Shown here in pieces: positions 17,073 to 25,208 of a stretch of 64,000 nucleotides of DNA. Every line of letters starts with the position of its first letter. Within the stretch, counting starts at the first letter, position 1. The stretch lies in IMG/VR virus record IMGVR_UViG_3300021559_000316. The stretch is one strand, 5' to 3'. Made by a program: the position numbers and the translations under genes. The notes beneath the pieces were generated by a model. It searched no databases and had not been told where the DNA came from. It was given only the letters and a program-made list of their open reading frames with translations. Origin of the DNA: an uncultured virus (IMG/VR IMGVR_UViG_3300021559_000316) (lineage: Duplodnaviria > Heunggongvirae > Uroviricota > Caudoviricetes).

Positions 17073-17302
17073 AGATCGACATCGGGCACGGCATCACGAT
17101 CAAGTGGGCCGACGAAGGTCGGACGCTGATGTGGAAGCACCCCAAGTGTCGAGCGTGGTGGTGGCTCGCGTTCAAGCCGGATCCAAGGTCCACCGGTCAC
17201 GTGCTCGCGTCGCGTGAGCCGCTGACGATCATCGGCTCGTTGCTCTGCACGGACTGCAACACGCACGGCACCATCGAGAATGGCCGCTGGGTCCCGGCGT
17301 AG
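17063..17302 (+). CDS. small Cys/His protein (DUF6527-like)
   Basis: PLTIIGSLLCTDCNTHGTIENGRW. Confidence 0.55.
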   Translation: MSLEIDIGHGITIKWADEGRTLMWKHPKCRAWWWLAFKPDPRSTGHVLASREPLTIIGSLLCTDCNTHGTIENGRWVPA

Positions 17303-17485
17303 CTACCGCCTCGGGCGCTTCGGGATCGAGCGGTGGCCGGCTCGCCGGCACATCGAGTAGCCGATCGCGACGGCCTGCATGCGTTGCTTCTTCGTCCGGC
17401 ACTTGCCGCGCTTCTTGTGGCAGTGCCTCGCGATCTCCTCGGAGATGCACGCTCGTGCGGCGGCCGACGGTCGACGTTTCGCCAT
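17303..17485 (-). CDS. 60-aa basic protein
   Basis: K/R/C-rich with QAVAIGYS; TGA-TAGCCT-N6-ATG promoter. Confidence 0.7.
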   Translation of the reverse strand: MAKRRPSAAARACISEEIARHCHKKRGKCRTKKQRMQAVAIGYSMCRRAGHRSIPKRPRR

Positions 17486-17497
17486 GCCGCTAGGCTA

Positions 17498-18493
17498 TCA
17501 CTCCACGTACTCGGCGTCTTCGACGTCGTCGGGCGCGTTGATGTAGCCGCGCCAGCGTGACCGCGTCGACGCGAGGCGCTGTTCGCGTGCTTCCTTGATG
17601 AGCTTGGTGATCGGCCCGACGAGCATGCCACGGCGACCGCGCTCGTTGCCGTACGCACGCGCCAGCTCCTTGTCCGACGGCGGATCGGCCTCGGTGCTCG
17701 CCCACGCCTCGGCGCGGCGGGCGAACTCCTGCGGCGTTCGGCTCTCCTTGGCGATCACCGCGAGCATGCTCGGGCCATCGATCTCGGCGAACCCGAGCGA
17801 CTTGCGCCGCGACCAGAACCAGTACGCGGCGACGCCTGCGCCGAGGATGCCGACCGCGATCGCGATCCACAGGAGCGCGCGCTGCGTGCTCGGGAACACC
17901 GCGAGCACCTGCGGCGCGAGCTGCGTCGCGAAGTCGGACGCGCCCTGCGGCTGGAAGTGCACGCCGTCGCCCGCGCGGTTGTCCGTCGACGATAGCGGCC
18001 GAGCATCGATCACGTTGCCGCCGAACACGTCGTTCAGCATCGCGTAGACCTGATCGACCTTGGCGTTCAGGTTGGCGTCGGCGAAGATCGGCGGCCCGAT
18101 CGCCAGAATCTCGGTCGCCGTCGGGAACGAGTCGCGGATCTGCGCCATCGCCGCTGGATCGATCGCGCCCGAGTCGGCGTCGTTGGTGCCGAGCATGACG
18201 ATGACCTTGGTCGGCGCGAATTGCTGGTCGCTGGCGATTAGGCTCGCCGGGTCGTTCTGCTGAAAGCGTGCGTGCGGCGTGTTCCAGAAGTTGTGCGCCG
18301 AGCGGCCGACGTTGGCGTCGATCCGGACGGCTGTCGCGCCGGCCTCCGCGATCATGCTCGCGAGCAGATCGCCTGGCGCTGACGCCAAGCGGTCGGAGCC
18401 CGCGTCGACGTCCCAGATCTCGGGGTCACCGTCGCTGCCGTGGTGCGACAGCGAGTCTCCAAATAGGAGGACGCGCTCGCCGCTCACGTTCAT
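17498..18493 (-). CDS. SGNH/GDSL hydrolase with membrane anchor
   Basis: FGDSLS, GRS, LGTND, DGVHF; TM LLWIAIAVGILGAGVAAYWFW. Confidence 0.88.
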   Translation of the reverse strand: MNVSGERVLLFGDSLSHHGSDGDPEIWDVDAGSDRLASAPGDLLASMIAEAGATAVRIDANVGRSAHNFWNTPHARFQQNDPASLIASDQQFAPTKVIVMLGTNDADSGAIDPAAMAQIRDSFPTATEILAIGPPIFADANLNAKVDQVYAMLNDVFGGNVIDARPLSSTDNRAGDGVHFQPQGASDFATQLAPQVLAVFPSTQRALLWIAIAVGILGAGVAAYWFWSRRKSLGFAEIDGPSMLAVIAKESRTPQEFARRAEAWASTEADPPSDKELARAYGNERGRRGMLVGPITKLIKEAREQRLASTRSRWRGYINAPDDVEDAEYVE

Positions 18494-18545
18494 GGAGCTA
18501 GCCTATCACGCACGACTGCCGGACCGCTCTGGTAGGATGCTTCGA

Positions 18546-18944
18546 GTGCCGTACGCCGTAATCTCCCCGGATGGCGACGTCGTCGATCTCGTGCCCGACG
18601 TCGACGATGCGATCGACGTCGCCTCGCACATCGCGCCGATGGTCTCCGTCGAGAACGGTCCTAGCGACGCTGGCATGTCGGGCCTCGGTGAACTCGGCGC
18701 GGTCAACCGGAAGCGGCCCGAGCACGCGCTCCATGGCAACCCGTTGTCGCAAGATGACCACGAAGGATCTCGTCGCTCGCACCGAGCACGAGGTCGGCCG
18801 CAAGCTCACCACGGCCGAGCGCGCCGGCCTCGATCTCATGCCTCCGCAGTACGATTGCGCTACGCCGCGGGCGCAGTCGAGCGGTGGGAGCGGAAGAGCA
18901 AGAGGCCGATCCCAACTGCAGCGGCCACCGCGAGCGCGCCGTAG
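18546..18944 (+). CDS. acidic-then-basic protein with MSGLG motif; possible frameshift near 18740
   Basis: TGG-TAGGAT-N7-GTG; codon quality moves to the frame of 18733..18948 after about 18740. Confidence 0.5.
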   Translation: MPYAVISPDGDVVDLVPDVDDAIDVASHIAPMVSVENGPSDAGMSGLGELGAVNRKRPEHALHGNPLSQDDHEGSRRSHRARGRPQAHHGRARRPRSHASAVRLRYAAGAVERWERKSKRPIPTAAATASAP

Positions 18945-19792
18945 ATGAGCGTCTGAGGATCGAGTCCGAAGAACGTCGGTGTCGCCACGACGCCGCCGTC
19001 GGGCGGGATCGGCGATGGCGGCGTGAGCGGCGGCTGGTCGGTCGGCGTCACCGTCAAGCCCGTCGACGAGCCCGGTGCTGGCTGCGCGCCCGTGGGGCAC
19101 AGCGACGGGTCCGACGCCGTCGAGCCGTCGGGGCACGTGACGCCGCCGCCACCGGGTGCCGTCGTCGTCGTCGGCTGTGGGCAGGACGTGCCGATGGGAA
19201 CCTGCGTGCCGTCGGGGCACGTGATCGTCGGCGGCACGTACCACTGCGCGGCGCCCGCATTGTCGGGAAGGCTCAGGTACGTCTCCAGCCAGACGATCAT
19301 CTGCTGCGCGTTCGCGGCGAGCCACGCCGGCTGCGTGCAGCACGAGATCGCGACTTGGATGTCGCCCGACATCCCTCCGCACGACGGGTCGCTAGCGCAC
19401 GGCGGGTTCACGCCCGCGATCGCGACCGCCTGCGTGACCGTCGACGCGTCGATCACGGCGTTGAGCGGCATGACGTAGGTCGAGCCCTGAACTTGGCCGT
19501 AGAGCATCTGCGCGGCCTGGTTCAGGAGCCACTGCAGGTGACGGTACGTGTTCTGGACGTTCGGATCGCCGCTCGTGATCGAGCCCGAGCCCGTCTGGGT
19601 GAACCCCTGCGGGCCGATCACGGGTCCTGTGCTGGTGCCCGAGCCCGTCCGGATCGGCCCGGTGCTCACCGGCCCAGACCCGACTACCATCATCGGCATG
19701 AACGTCTGCGTGCTCTGTGGCGGCGTCGGGCCCTGTGGGATCGCGGGCGAGGCCCCGCGTGGCAGCATCCCGAGCCCGGTGAGCGTGAGCAT
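18860..19792 (-). CDS. Pro/Thr/Gly-rich C-terminally anchored membrane protein
   Basis: N-terminal MLTLTGLG, two TCPDG...CP modules, TM LIYGALAVAAAVGIGLLLF. Confidence 0.8.
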   Translation of the reverse strand: MLTLTGLGMLPRGASPAIPQGPTPPQSTQTFMPMMVVGSGPVSTGPIRTGSGTSTGPVIGPQGFTQTGSGSITSGDPNVQNTYRHLQWLLNQAAQMLYGQVQGSTYVMPLNAVIDASTVTQAVAIAGVNPPCASDPSCGGMSGDIQVAISCCTQPAWLAANAQQMIVWLETYLSLPDNAGAAQWYVPPTITCPDGTQVPIGTSCPQPTTTTAPGGGGVTCPDGSTASDPSLCPTGAQPAPGSSTGLTVTPTDQPPLTPPSPIPPDGGVVATPTFFGLDPQTLIYGALAVAAAVGIGLLLFRSHRSTAPAA

Positions 19793-19807
19793 GCTCCGAG
19801 CCTATCA
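19793..19807 (-). promoter_or_regulatory. extended -10 leaderless promoter TGA-TAGGCT-N6-ATG (representative of a repeated motif)
   Basis: Same arrangement at 18494-18508(-) and 17486-17500(-); at 14816-14834(+) with a 9-nt spacer; TAnnnT-N6 at 10682-10693(-), 12584-12595(+), 12782-12793(+). Confidence 0.7.
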
Positions 19808-20002
19808 CGCTTCGTACTTCCTCAGCTGGTAGTCGTCGGGCACGGCCTTGAAGAAGCGTTCGGCGTGATCGCCCGAGTAGACCTGGTTGAGCGCGGCGAC
19901 GATCGTGTCTACGTAGTACGCGTCGACGTGGTCGGCGATGAGCTTGTCGTCCGAGGTGCCGAGCTGCTCGCGATCGAAGTTGTCGACGGAGATGATCTTC
20001 AT
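19805..20002 (-). CDS. 65-aa hypothetical protein, copy 1 of a duplicated gene
   Basis: MKIISVDNFDREQLG...; 58/65 aa identical to 31923..32120. Confidence 0.8.
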   Translation of the reverse strand: MKIISVDNFDREQLGTSDDKLIADHVDAYYVDTIVAALNQVYSGDHAERFFKAVPDDYQLRKYEA

Positions 20003-20214
20003 CCGACCGTCCTCGCCGCTGCCGCCGGGTCCAGAAAGAAAACAGTTATCGTCACACAATGGAACTGCGAGTCGCTCGACTGCGTCACGACCAGGTCGGC
20101 CAGCTGATAGCTCGGGTGGCTCGCGAGCCACTGTGTGACCTTCTCACCGAGCTGTTCACGATCACGGACCATCGTTGCGCTGAAGACTTTGACCCCATTG
20201 AATTTCATCACCAT
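19999..20214 (-). CDS. small myxobacterial-type conserved protein (GVKVFS...TQSSD..FHC), copy 1
   Basis: FNGVKVFSATM...VVTQSSDSQFHCVTITVFF; paralog at 53637..53858. Confidence 0.8.
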   Translation of the reverse strand: MVMKFNGVKVFSATMVRDREQLGEKVTQWLASHPSYQLADLVVTQSSDSQFHCVTITVFFLDPAAAARTVG

Positions 20215-20344
20215 CAAACCCTCCACACAACGTGGTTGACGATCTTGCTGACCATGCTTTGTGAGATCGAGAAGCGGCGAGCGATCGATGTCTGGTTCTC
20301 GCCATGTTCGTAGCGTCCCAAAACCATGATCGCGTGCGCAGGGA

Positions 20345-20614
20345 TCACGACGCCCTGATCTCCAGCTTCCAACCGAGCCCGTAGTCTACCTGCCACTGCT
20401 GGATGATTTTGGCGAGGTAGCGCTTGAGCCGAACGATCGGCCACGCGGTCTTGTCGGGGATCGACGACCAGCCACAGACGTCGAGGAAGCCACGAGGCCC
20501 GCGTTCGCCTTCGAGCCGAACGAAGCACGCTTCAGGCATCCACGCGTTGGCCTTCGTCTGCCGCGTCTTCACGGCCCAGACCTGGCCCTTCGTCTTGGTG
20601 GCGACCTTCTTCAC
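20345..20614 (-). CDS. hypothetical protein
   Basis: GTGA-coupled start; 3' part of the 20345..20926 ORF. Confidence 0.55.
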   Translation of the reverse strand: MKKVATKTKGQVWAVKTRQTKANAWMPEACFVRLEGERGPRGFLDVCGWSSIPDKTAWPIVRLKRYLAKIIQQWQVDYGLGWKLEIRAS

Positions 20615-20793
20615 TTTCGCGGGCCTCGGTAGCGTCGCGACGGGCGCAGCTCGGGCGTGATGCCGATGTCGCCAGCGACCGCCTGCTCGACGATCGTCGA
20701 CATCGCGACACCTTGTTCGAGCGCGTGCGTCCTGAGCTGCTCGTAGGCGTCGCGCGACAGGCTGATCGACTTCAGCTTTCCTCGCTTCATCAT
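20611..20793 (-). CDS. ribbon-helix-helix DNA-binding protein
   Basis: KSISLSRDAYEQLRTHALEQGVAMSTIVEQAV; SD AAGGAG. Confidence 0.75.
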   Translation of the reverse strand: MMKRGKLKSISLSRDAYEQLRTHALEQGVAMSTIVEQAVAGDIGITPELRPSRRYRGPRK

Positions 20794-21203
20794 CTACTCC
20801 TTCGGTAGCGGCGCTGTCTCGGTGGGCATCTCGTTCGTGCGTTGATGCGGTGGTGGATAGCCGTGATCGTCGTCGCAGCTGTACGGGTTGGACTCGTCGT
20901 AGCCGCACTCTTGGTAGCCGCACCACGCTGGGCTGCGGATCACGCCGACACCGACGTCGGGCTTGTTCACCGTCACCTCTTGCGTCGACGAGGTTTCCTG
21001 CGACCGCTCACCTCGTAGCCGTTCGGCTCGTAGCGAAACATCCATGCGTCGCGCTCGGCGCGCCGTTCGATCACGCGCCCGAGCGCTGCATGGAACCGCT
21101 GCGCATCTTCGAGGCGGAACCAGTGATAGTCGCCGCCGGGAAGCTGGATCGTGATGTTCCCCTTGTATGTCGAGATGGTCGCGTGGCGCGTGTGGCTGTC
21201 TCT

Positions 21204-21647
21204 TCACAGCTTCACCTTGCCCGTGACTTCCGACATCTGACGGAGCGTGTACTCGATCGCGGCCTTGCCGTCCTCGTCGGTCGTCAGCTCGAACCGCGTG
21301 AGATCGGGCAGCCGTTCTCGCAGCATCTTGGCGACGAGCGCGAGCTGCTTGGCGAAGTAGGCCGTCGGCGTCGTCGGCTTGGCCTTGCTCTTCGGCGGAG
21401 CCTTGTGCGAGCGCTGGTGCGCCATCACCTGCTCTGAGGTGAGGCCCTTCTCGGCGAGCACCTCTTTCTTGATCTGCCCGAGCACGCCGGTGTCGATCGC
21501 GGCGCCGAACTTATTCGTCATCGCGTCGAGCAGGTTGTCGGGCCCGCTGTACGTGTGCATGTACGGATTGGCGAGCAGCTGTTCCTTGGCCCACACGCGG
21601 CGTGCTTCGACCGCGTCGGGATGGTGGTCTCGTTTCTTCTTCGACAT
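21204..21647 (-). CDS. hypothetical protein
   Basis: SD AAGGAG, good codon usage. Confidence 0.75.
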   Translation of the reverse strand: MSKKKRDHHPDAVEARRVWAKEQLLANPYMHTYSGPDNLLDAMTNKFGAAIDTGVLGQIKKEVLAEKGLTSEQVMAHQRSHKAPPKSKAKPTTPTAYFAKQLALVAKMLRERLPDLTRFELTTDEDGKAAIEYTLRQMSEVTGKVKL

Positions 21648-21931
21648 CGGTTACTCCTTCTCGTAGCCGGCTTCGAGATCATCCGGCGGTTGACCGAAAC
21701 GCTCTGTCAGCTCGGCGATCTTCTGCTCGGCCTCCTTCGGCGTTGCGAAGAGGCCCACCATCGCGCGACCCGACGCGTTCCAGCGTGGATCCTTCTTCGA
21801 ATGCAGGTACCACCAGCCCGCCTTCAGCATCTACTTGCGCCTCCGGATCTGCCAGTCGCGAAAGAGAATGCCGATCCCGATCCCGACGAGGAGCCACGCG
21901 GGATTTGGCGTGAGCAGAGCGTCTTCCCAGG

Positions 21932-23047
21932 TCATGACTTCGCCGCCAGGATGCGCTCGCGGTGGATGATGGGGCCGCGGCACCGAGCGTTAGACTTCGC
22001 CTTGCAGCGTGGACACGCGATCGTGAGCGCTCGGTTCTGCAGCTCGGTGAACGCCCCGATCGTCGATGCCGTGGTCACGACGACGGGCTCGGAAGCAGCC
22101 GCCTTGCGGAACTCGGCGACCGTGCCGTAGACGCCGTCGCCGCGGCTGCCGCGATCGTAGCCTCGCGTCGTCTCAGCCTTCGCGTGGTGGACCGACGCTT
22201 GGATGTCGCGCTCGTAGATCTTGGCGTCGTACGCGGTCGTGATGAACGCGGCGCGGAATCGGTGCGGCGTGATCGCTTCGGTGATGCCGGCCGCCTTGGC
22301 GCGGCTCGTGAGGATGCCGTTGATCGTCCCGAGCAGGACGTGCTCGCTCGGATCACCGCGCTTGGGGAACACGTAGTCGGACTTCGGCGCGATCTTGAGC
22401 CACGCGGTGAGCGCCGCCTCGGCCTCGGGCGTCAATCGGATCATGCCCTCCCGGCCGCCCTTCAAGATCACGATAGCGACCATGTTGTCGCCGTCGCGAC
22501 GAAACTGATCGCGGCGCAGACCCGCGAGCGACGCACGCCGCAGGCCAGTGTCGTAGAGCAGGCGCACGATCGCGGCGTCGCGGCGACCGTCGCGCGTTCG
22601 ATCGCAGTCGATCTGTATGAGGAGCTTCTCCACGTCGTCGTCTTGGACGGCCGGCGTCCGCTGCAGCGCGCTGACCTCGGGCCTGGGAAGCCACACCTTC
22701 GCGAAGGGGTTGGTACGTACGAGCCCGGCGTCGCGCAGCGCTCCGTAGAAGAACGACAGCGTCGACAGGATCCGTGCGATCGACGCAGGCCCGTACGCGA
22801 GCGCCTTGCCGTCACGGAACGCCGTGGTCGCCGCGAGCCCGGGGATCTTGATGTCGACGCGATTCTCGACGACGAACTCGCACCACTTTCGCCAGTCGGC
22901 CTCGTACGCGATGCGTGTGTTCTCCGATCGCCGCGACGCGATCAGCTGCTCGATCGCAGCGTCGACGTCAGGCCAGCGATCGGCGATGGTCTTCCGAGTC
23001 TCGGGCCAGAGATCGGATCGGAGCTGTAGGGCGGTGGTCGGGGGCAT
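21932..23047 (-). CDS. tyrosine recombinase/integrase 1 with C-terminal Zn finger
   Basis: SAM-like N-domain (SENTRIAYEADW), TGLRRAS, KGG, HRFR, HH...TTRGY; tail CPRCKAKSNARC...HRER; start at TAGACT-N7-ATG. Confidence 0.93.
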   Translation of the reverse strand: MPPTTALQLRSDLWPETRKTIADRWPDVDAAIEQLIASRRSENTRIAYEADWRKWCEFVVENRVDIKIPGLAATTAFRDGKALAYGPASIARILSTLSFFYGALRDAGLVRTNPFAKVWLPRPEVSALQRTPAVQDDDVEKLLIQIDCDRTRDGRRDAAIVRLLYDTGLRRASLAGLRRDQFRRDGDNMVAIVILKGGREGMIRLTPEAEAALTAWLKIAPKSDYVFPKRGDPSEHVLLGTINGILTSRAKAAGITEAITPHRFRAAFITTAYDAKIYERDIQASVHHAKAETTRGYDRGSRGDGVYGTVAEFRKAAASEPVVVTTASTIGAFTELQNRALTIACPRCKAKSNARCRGPIIHRERILAAKS

Positions 23048-23094
23048 GATCGCGAGTCTACGCTGGTCGCCATAGTTGCACATATGTTGGCGCG

Positions 23095-23111
23095 TGTATA
23101 CTTAGTATACA
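23095..23111. promoter_or_regulatory. AT-rich palindrome upstream of integrase 1
   Basis: TGTATAC-TTA-GTATACA. Confidence 0.5.
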
Positions 23112-23132
23112 GAGCAGATCCCTGATCGGGTG

Positions 23133-24386
23133 TCAAGGCTTCTTTTCGGGCGCGCCGCTCGGCTCAGAGCCGCGATCGGAAGTTTCCGAGTCGAGCACGT
23201 ACGTGTGCACGAGCCTCGCGCCTTCCTCGGGACCTTTCCAATACGGTGCGATCCACTTCGACGTGCGCAGCGAATGCTTGGGTCCGTGCGCTTGGTTCCG
23301 GTAGTGGCCGCGCACGATGTGGCGGTGCTTGAGCCGGAACGCCGGATCGCGCGAGCCATCGCGGACCGCGCGCACGAGCCGCGGATCGATCTTGATCGTT
23401 CGTCCGACGGTCCAGTGCGTGGCGCGGGGCTTGTCGGACGGCTTTCGCTTGGTAGCCGTCGGATCACGGGGCTCGACCGAGCGCTCGACCGTGCTCGTGT
23501 AGGCGAGCGCCCCGAAGACGATCTGACGGAGCGTCTGCTGCACCTCTTGATCCGTGTCGTCGTTGACGCCACTCGGCAGATCATCGAACGAAGCCCACGT
23601 GAGGCCCTTGCGCTCGATCATCGTCGTGAGCGAATGCGTGCCGTCGGACGCGTAGATGTGGAGCACGGTGTCGGCAGGATCGTCAGGGAGTAGCGACTTC
23701 GAGGCTGGTTTGCCGAACGTCGGGCTCGCTGCGAGATCGTCGAGGAGCGTGCGTCTATCCCGTCGGCTCAGATCCTTCATCGCTTGCTCGATCTTCGATG
23801 CGGCCTTGAGCTGCCGAACGTCCGAGCGCGGGATCTCGTGGATGTGGATCTTCGTGTAGCTCCCGCCCTCGGCGCCTCGCGCGAAGCTATCGGGCACGAG
23901 CATGAGAAGGCCCGCGAACGGAAGCCGCACCGACGTGATGTCCAGCTCCTTGGCGTCGGTGAGAAGGATCGCCGCCGTGAAGTCGGTCGACAGCTCGAAC
24001 ACGTTGTAACCGTGCCGCGCCCACGCTAGGCACCAACGCCCAACGGGCGCGTGATAGACCACGTCGACGATGTCCTTGACCTCACCGCGCATGGTGCCGG
24101 TGGCGTTGAGCATCGCTTCGAGCTTGGTCTCGTGTTCTTGGAGCCCAGCGAGCGTCTCGTCGTACTCGTCTTGGACGCGGCGAAGCTCGGCCAAGAGCGG
24201 CTTCGCTTCTGGAACGTTCGCCGCCTTCTTCTTCTCCCAGTGTTCGACTGCGTCGGTTTCGCCGATGTGTGTGTGATCGGAGTTCTTGCGGAGCCCGGGG
24301 ACCTTGATGAACGGGTTCTTCGGATCGGGGTTCGCCGCGAGCCACACGGCGGCGACCTCCATCATCTGTTTGGTGTAGCTGCTCAC
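23133..24386 (-). CDS. phage protein with C-terminal HxVRGHxR...WIxPxWKG motif
   Basis: HIVRGHYRNQAHGP...WIAPYWKGP; GTGA coupling. Confidence 0.8.
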   Translation of the reverse strand: MSSYTKQMMEVAAVWLAANPDPKNPFIKVPGLRKNSDHTHIGETDAVEHWEKKKAANVPEAKPLLAELRRVQDEYDETLAGLQEHETKLEAMLNATGTMRGEVKDIVDVVYHAPVGRWCLAWARHGYNVFELSTDFTAAILLTDAKELDITSVRLPFAGLLMLVPDSFARGAEGGSYTKIHIHEIPRSDVRQLKAASKIEQAMKDLSRRDRRTLLDDLAASPTFGKPASKSLLPDDPADTVLHIYASDGTHSLTTMIERKGLTWASFDDLPSGVNDDTDQEVQQTLRQIVFGALAYTSTVERSVEPRDPTATKRKPSDKPRATHWTVGRTIKIDPRLVRAVRDGSRDPAFRLKHRHIVRGHYRNQAHGPKHSLRTSKWIAPYWKGPEEGARLVHTYVLDSETSDRGSEPSGAPEKKP

Positions 24387-25171
24387 GGTTCCTTCGCGAG
24401 CGCGGCGTAGATCTCTTCAGCGATCGTGTACGGCGCGTCTTCATGGTACCCGACGAGGCGGTACCCGACGAGGATCTCGACGATGGTCTCGATGGTCTGC
24501 TCGCGTGACTTCTCCAGCGCCGCGGTGAACACCGCGATCGGCACGGCCTGCGGCTCGGGCGTCGTCGGCTGCGGCGGGGCCTCTGGTGGGCTCGCGAATC
24601 GAATGGCGAGCAGCTCGATCGCCTTTTCGAGCCCTTGTTCGTAAATCCCCGGAGGGTGATCGGCCCACTTGATGGTCGTCTGATACGCGGCGATCTTGTC
24701 GATGCTCTCGACGACGCCCTTCTTCCAGCCTTCGATGTAGGCCGAGTCGAGGCGTGCTCGCAGCCGCTCGTTCTCGGCACGAGCGTTCGACAGCTCGCCG
24801 TCGAGCCGGACGATCTCCTCACGATCGTGCGGCGTCACGGCTGCGGTCCGATCTTGGCGATGCCGCACCGATCCAGCTGGGAGTCGGTTGTACTCACGAT
24901 GTAGCCTCTCTTCGCCCATGCCCTCGGGGTAATGCGTCGCAGCCCCGACCCACTTGCGGCCCTCGGACTCCATCGTGTCCGCGCACGCGAGCGCCTCAAT
25001 AATCTGCTCGTCGCCCGGCTGGTTCTTGCCGAGTTCGATGCGCTTGTTCACCCATTCGCGGATGGCGTGCGGAGCGGCGGCATCGCGGCCGATCAACACG
25101 AACGTCATCTCGTTTGGATGCGCGCTCTGCATGCATGTGTGTTTCTTGGATAGCTCGTCCTTCTTGCGCAT
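24383..25171 (-). CDS. modular phage hypothetical protein
   Basis: N-terminal FVLIGRDAAAPHAIREW domain, coiled coil, ends ALAKEP. Confidence 0.75.
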   Translation of the reverse strand: MRKKDELSKKHTCMQSAHPNEMTFVLIGRDAAAPHAIREWVNKRIELGKNQPGDEQIIEALACADTMESEGRKWVGAATHYPEGMGEERLHREYNRLPAGSVRHRQDRTAAVTPHDREEIVRLDGELSNARAENERLRARLDSAYIEGWKKGVVESIDKIAAYQTTIKWADHPPGIYEQGLEKAIELLAIRFASPPEAPPQPTTPEPQAVPIAVFTAALEKSREQTIETIVEILVGYRLVGYHEDAPYTIAEEIYAALAKEP

Positions 25172-25208
25172 TACGTCACTCCTTGGGTGTTAACCGGACA
25201 AGCACGCT

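Noticed and set aside
23104..23136. Minus-strand TTGACA...TATACT as the integrase 1 promoter
   Set aside because: The 21-bp spacer is too long for sigma70; TAGACT-N7-ATG at 23047 fits better
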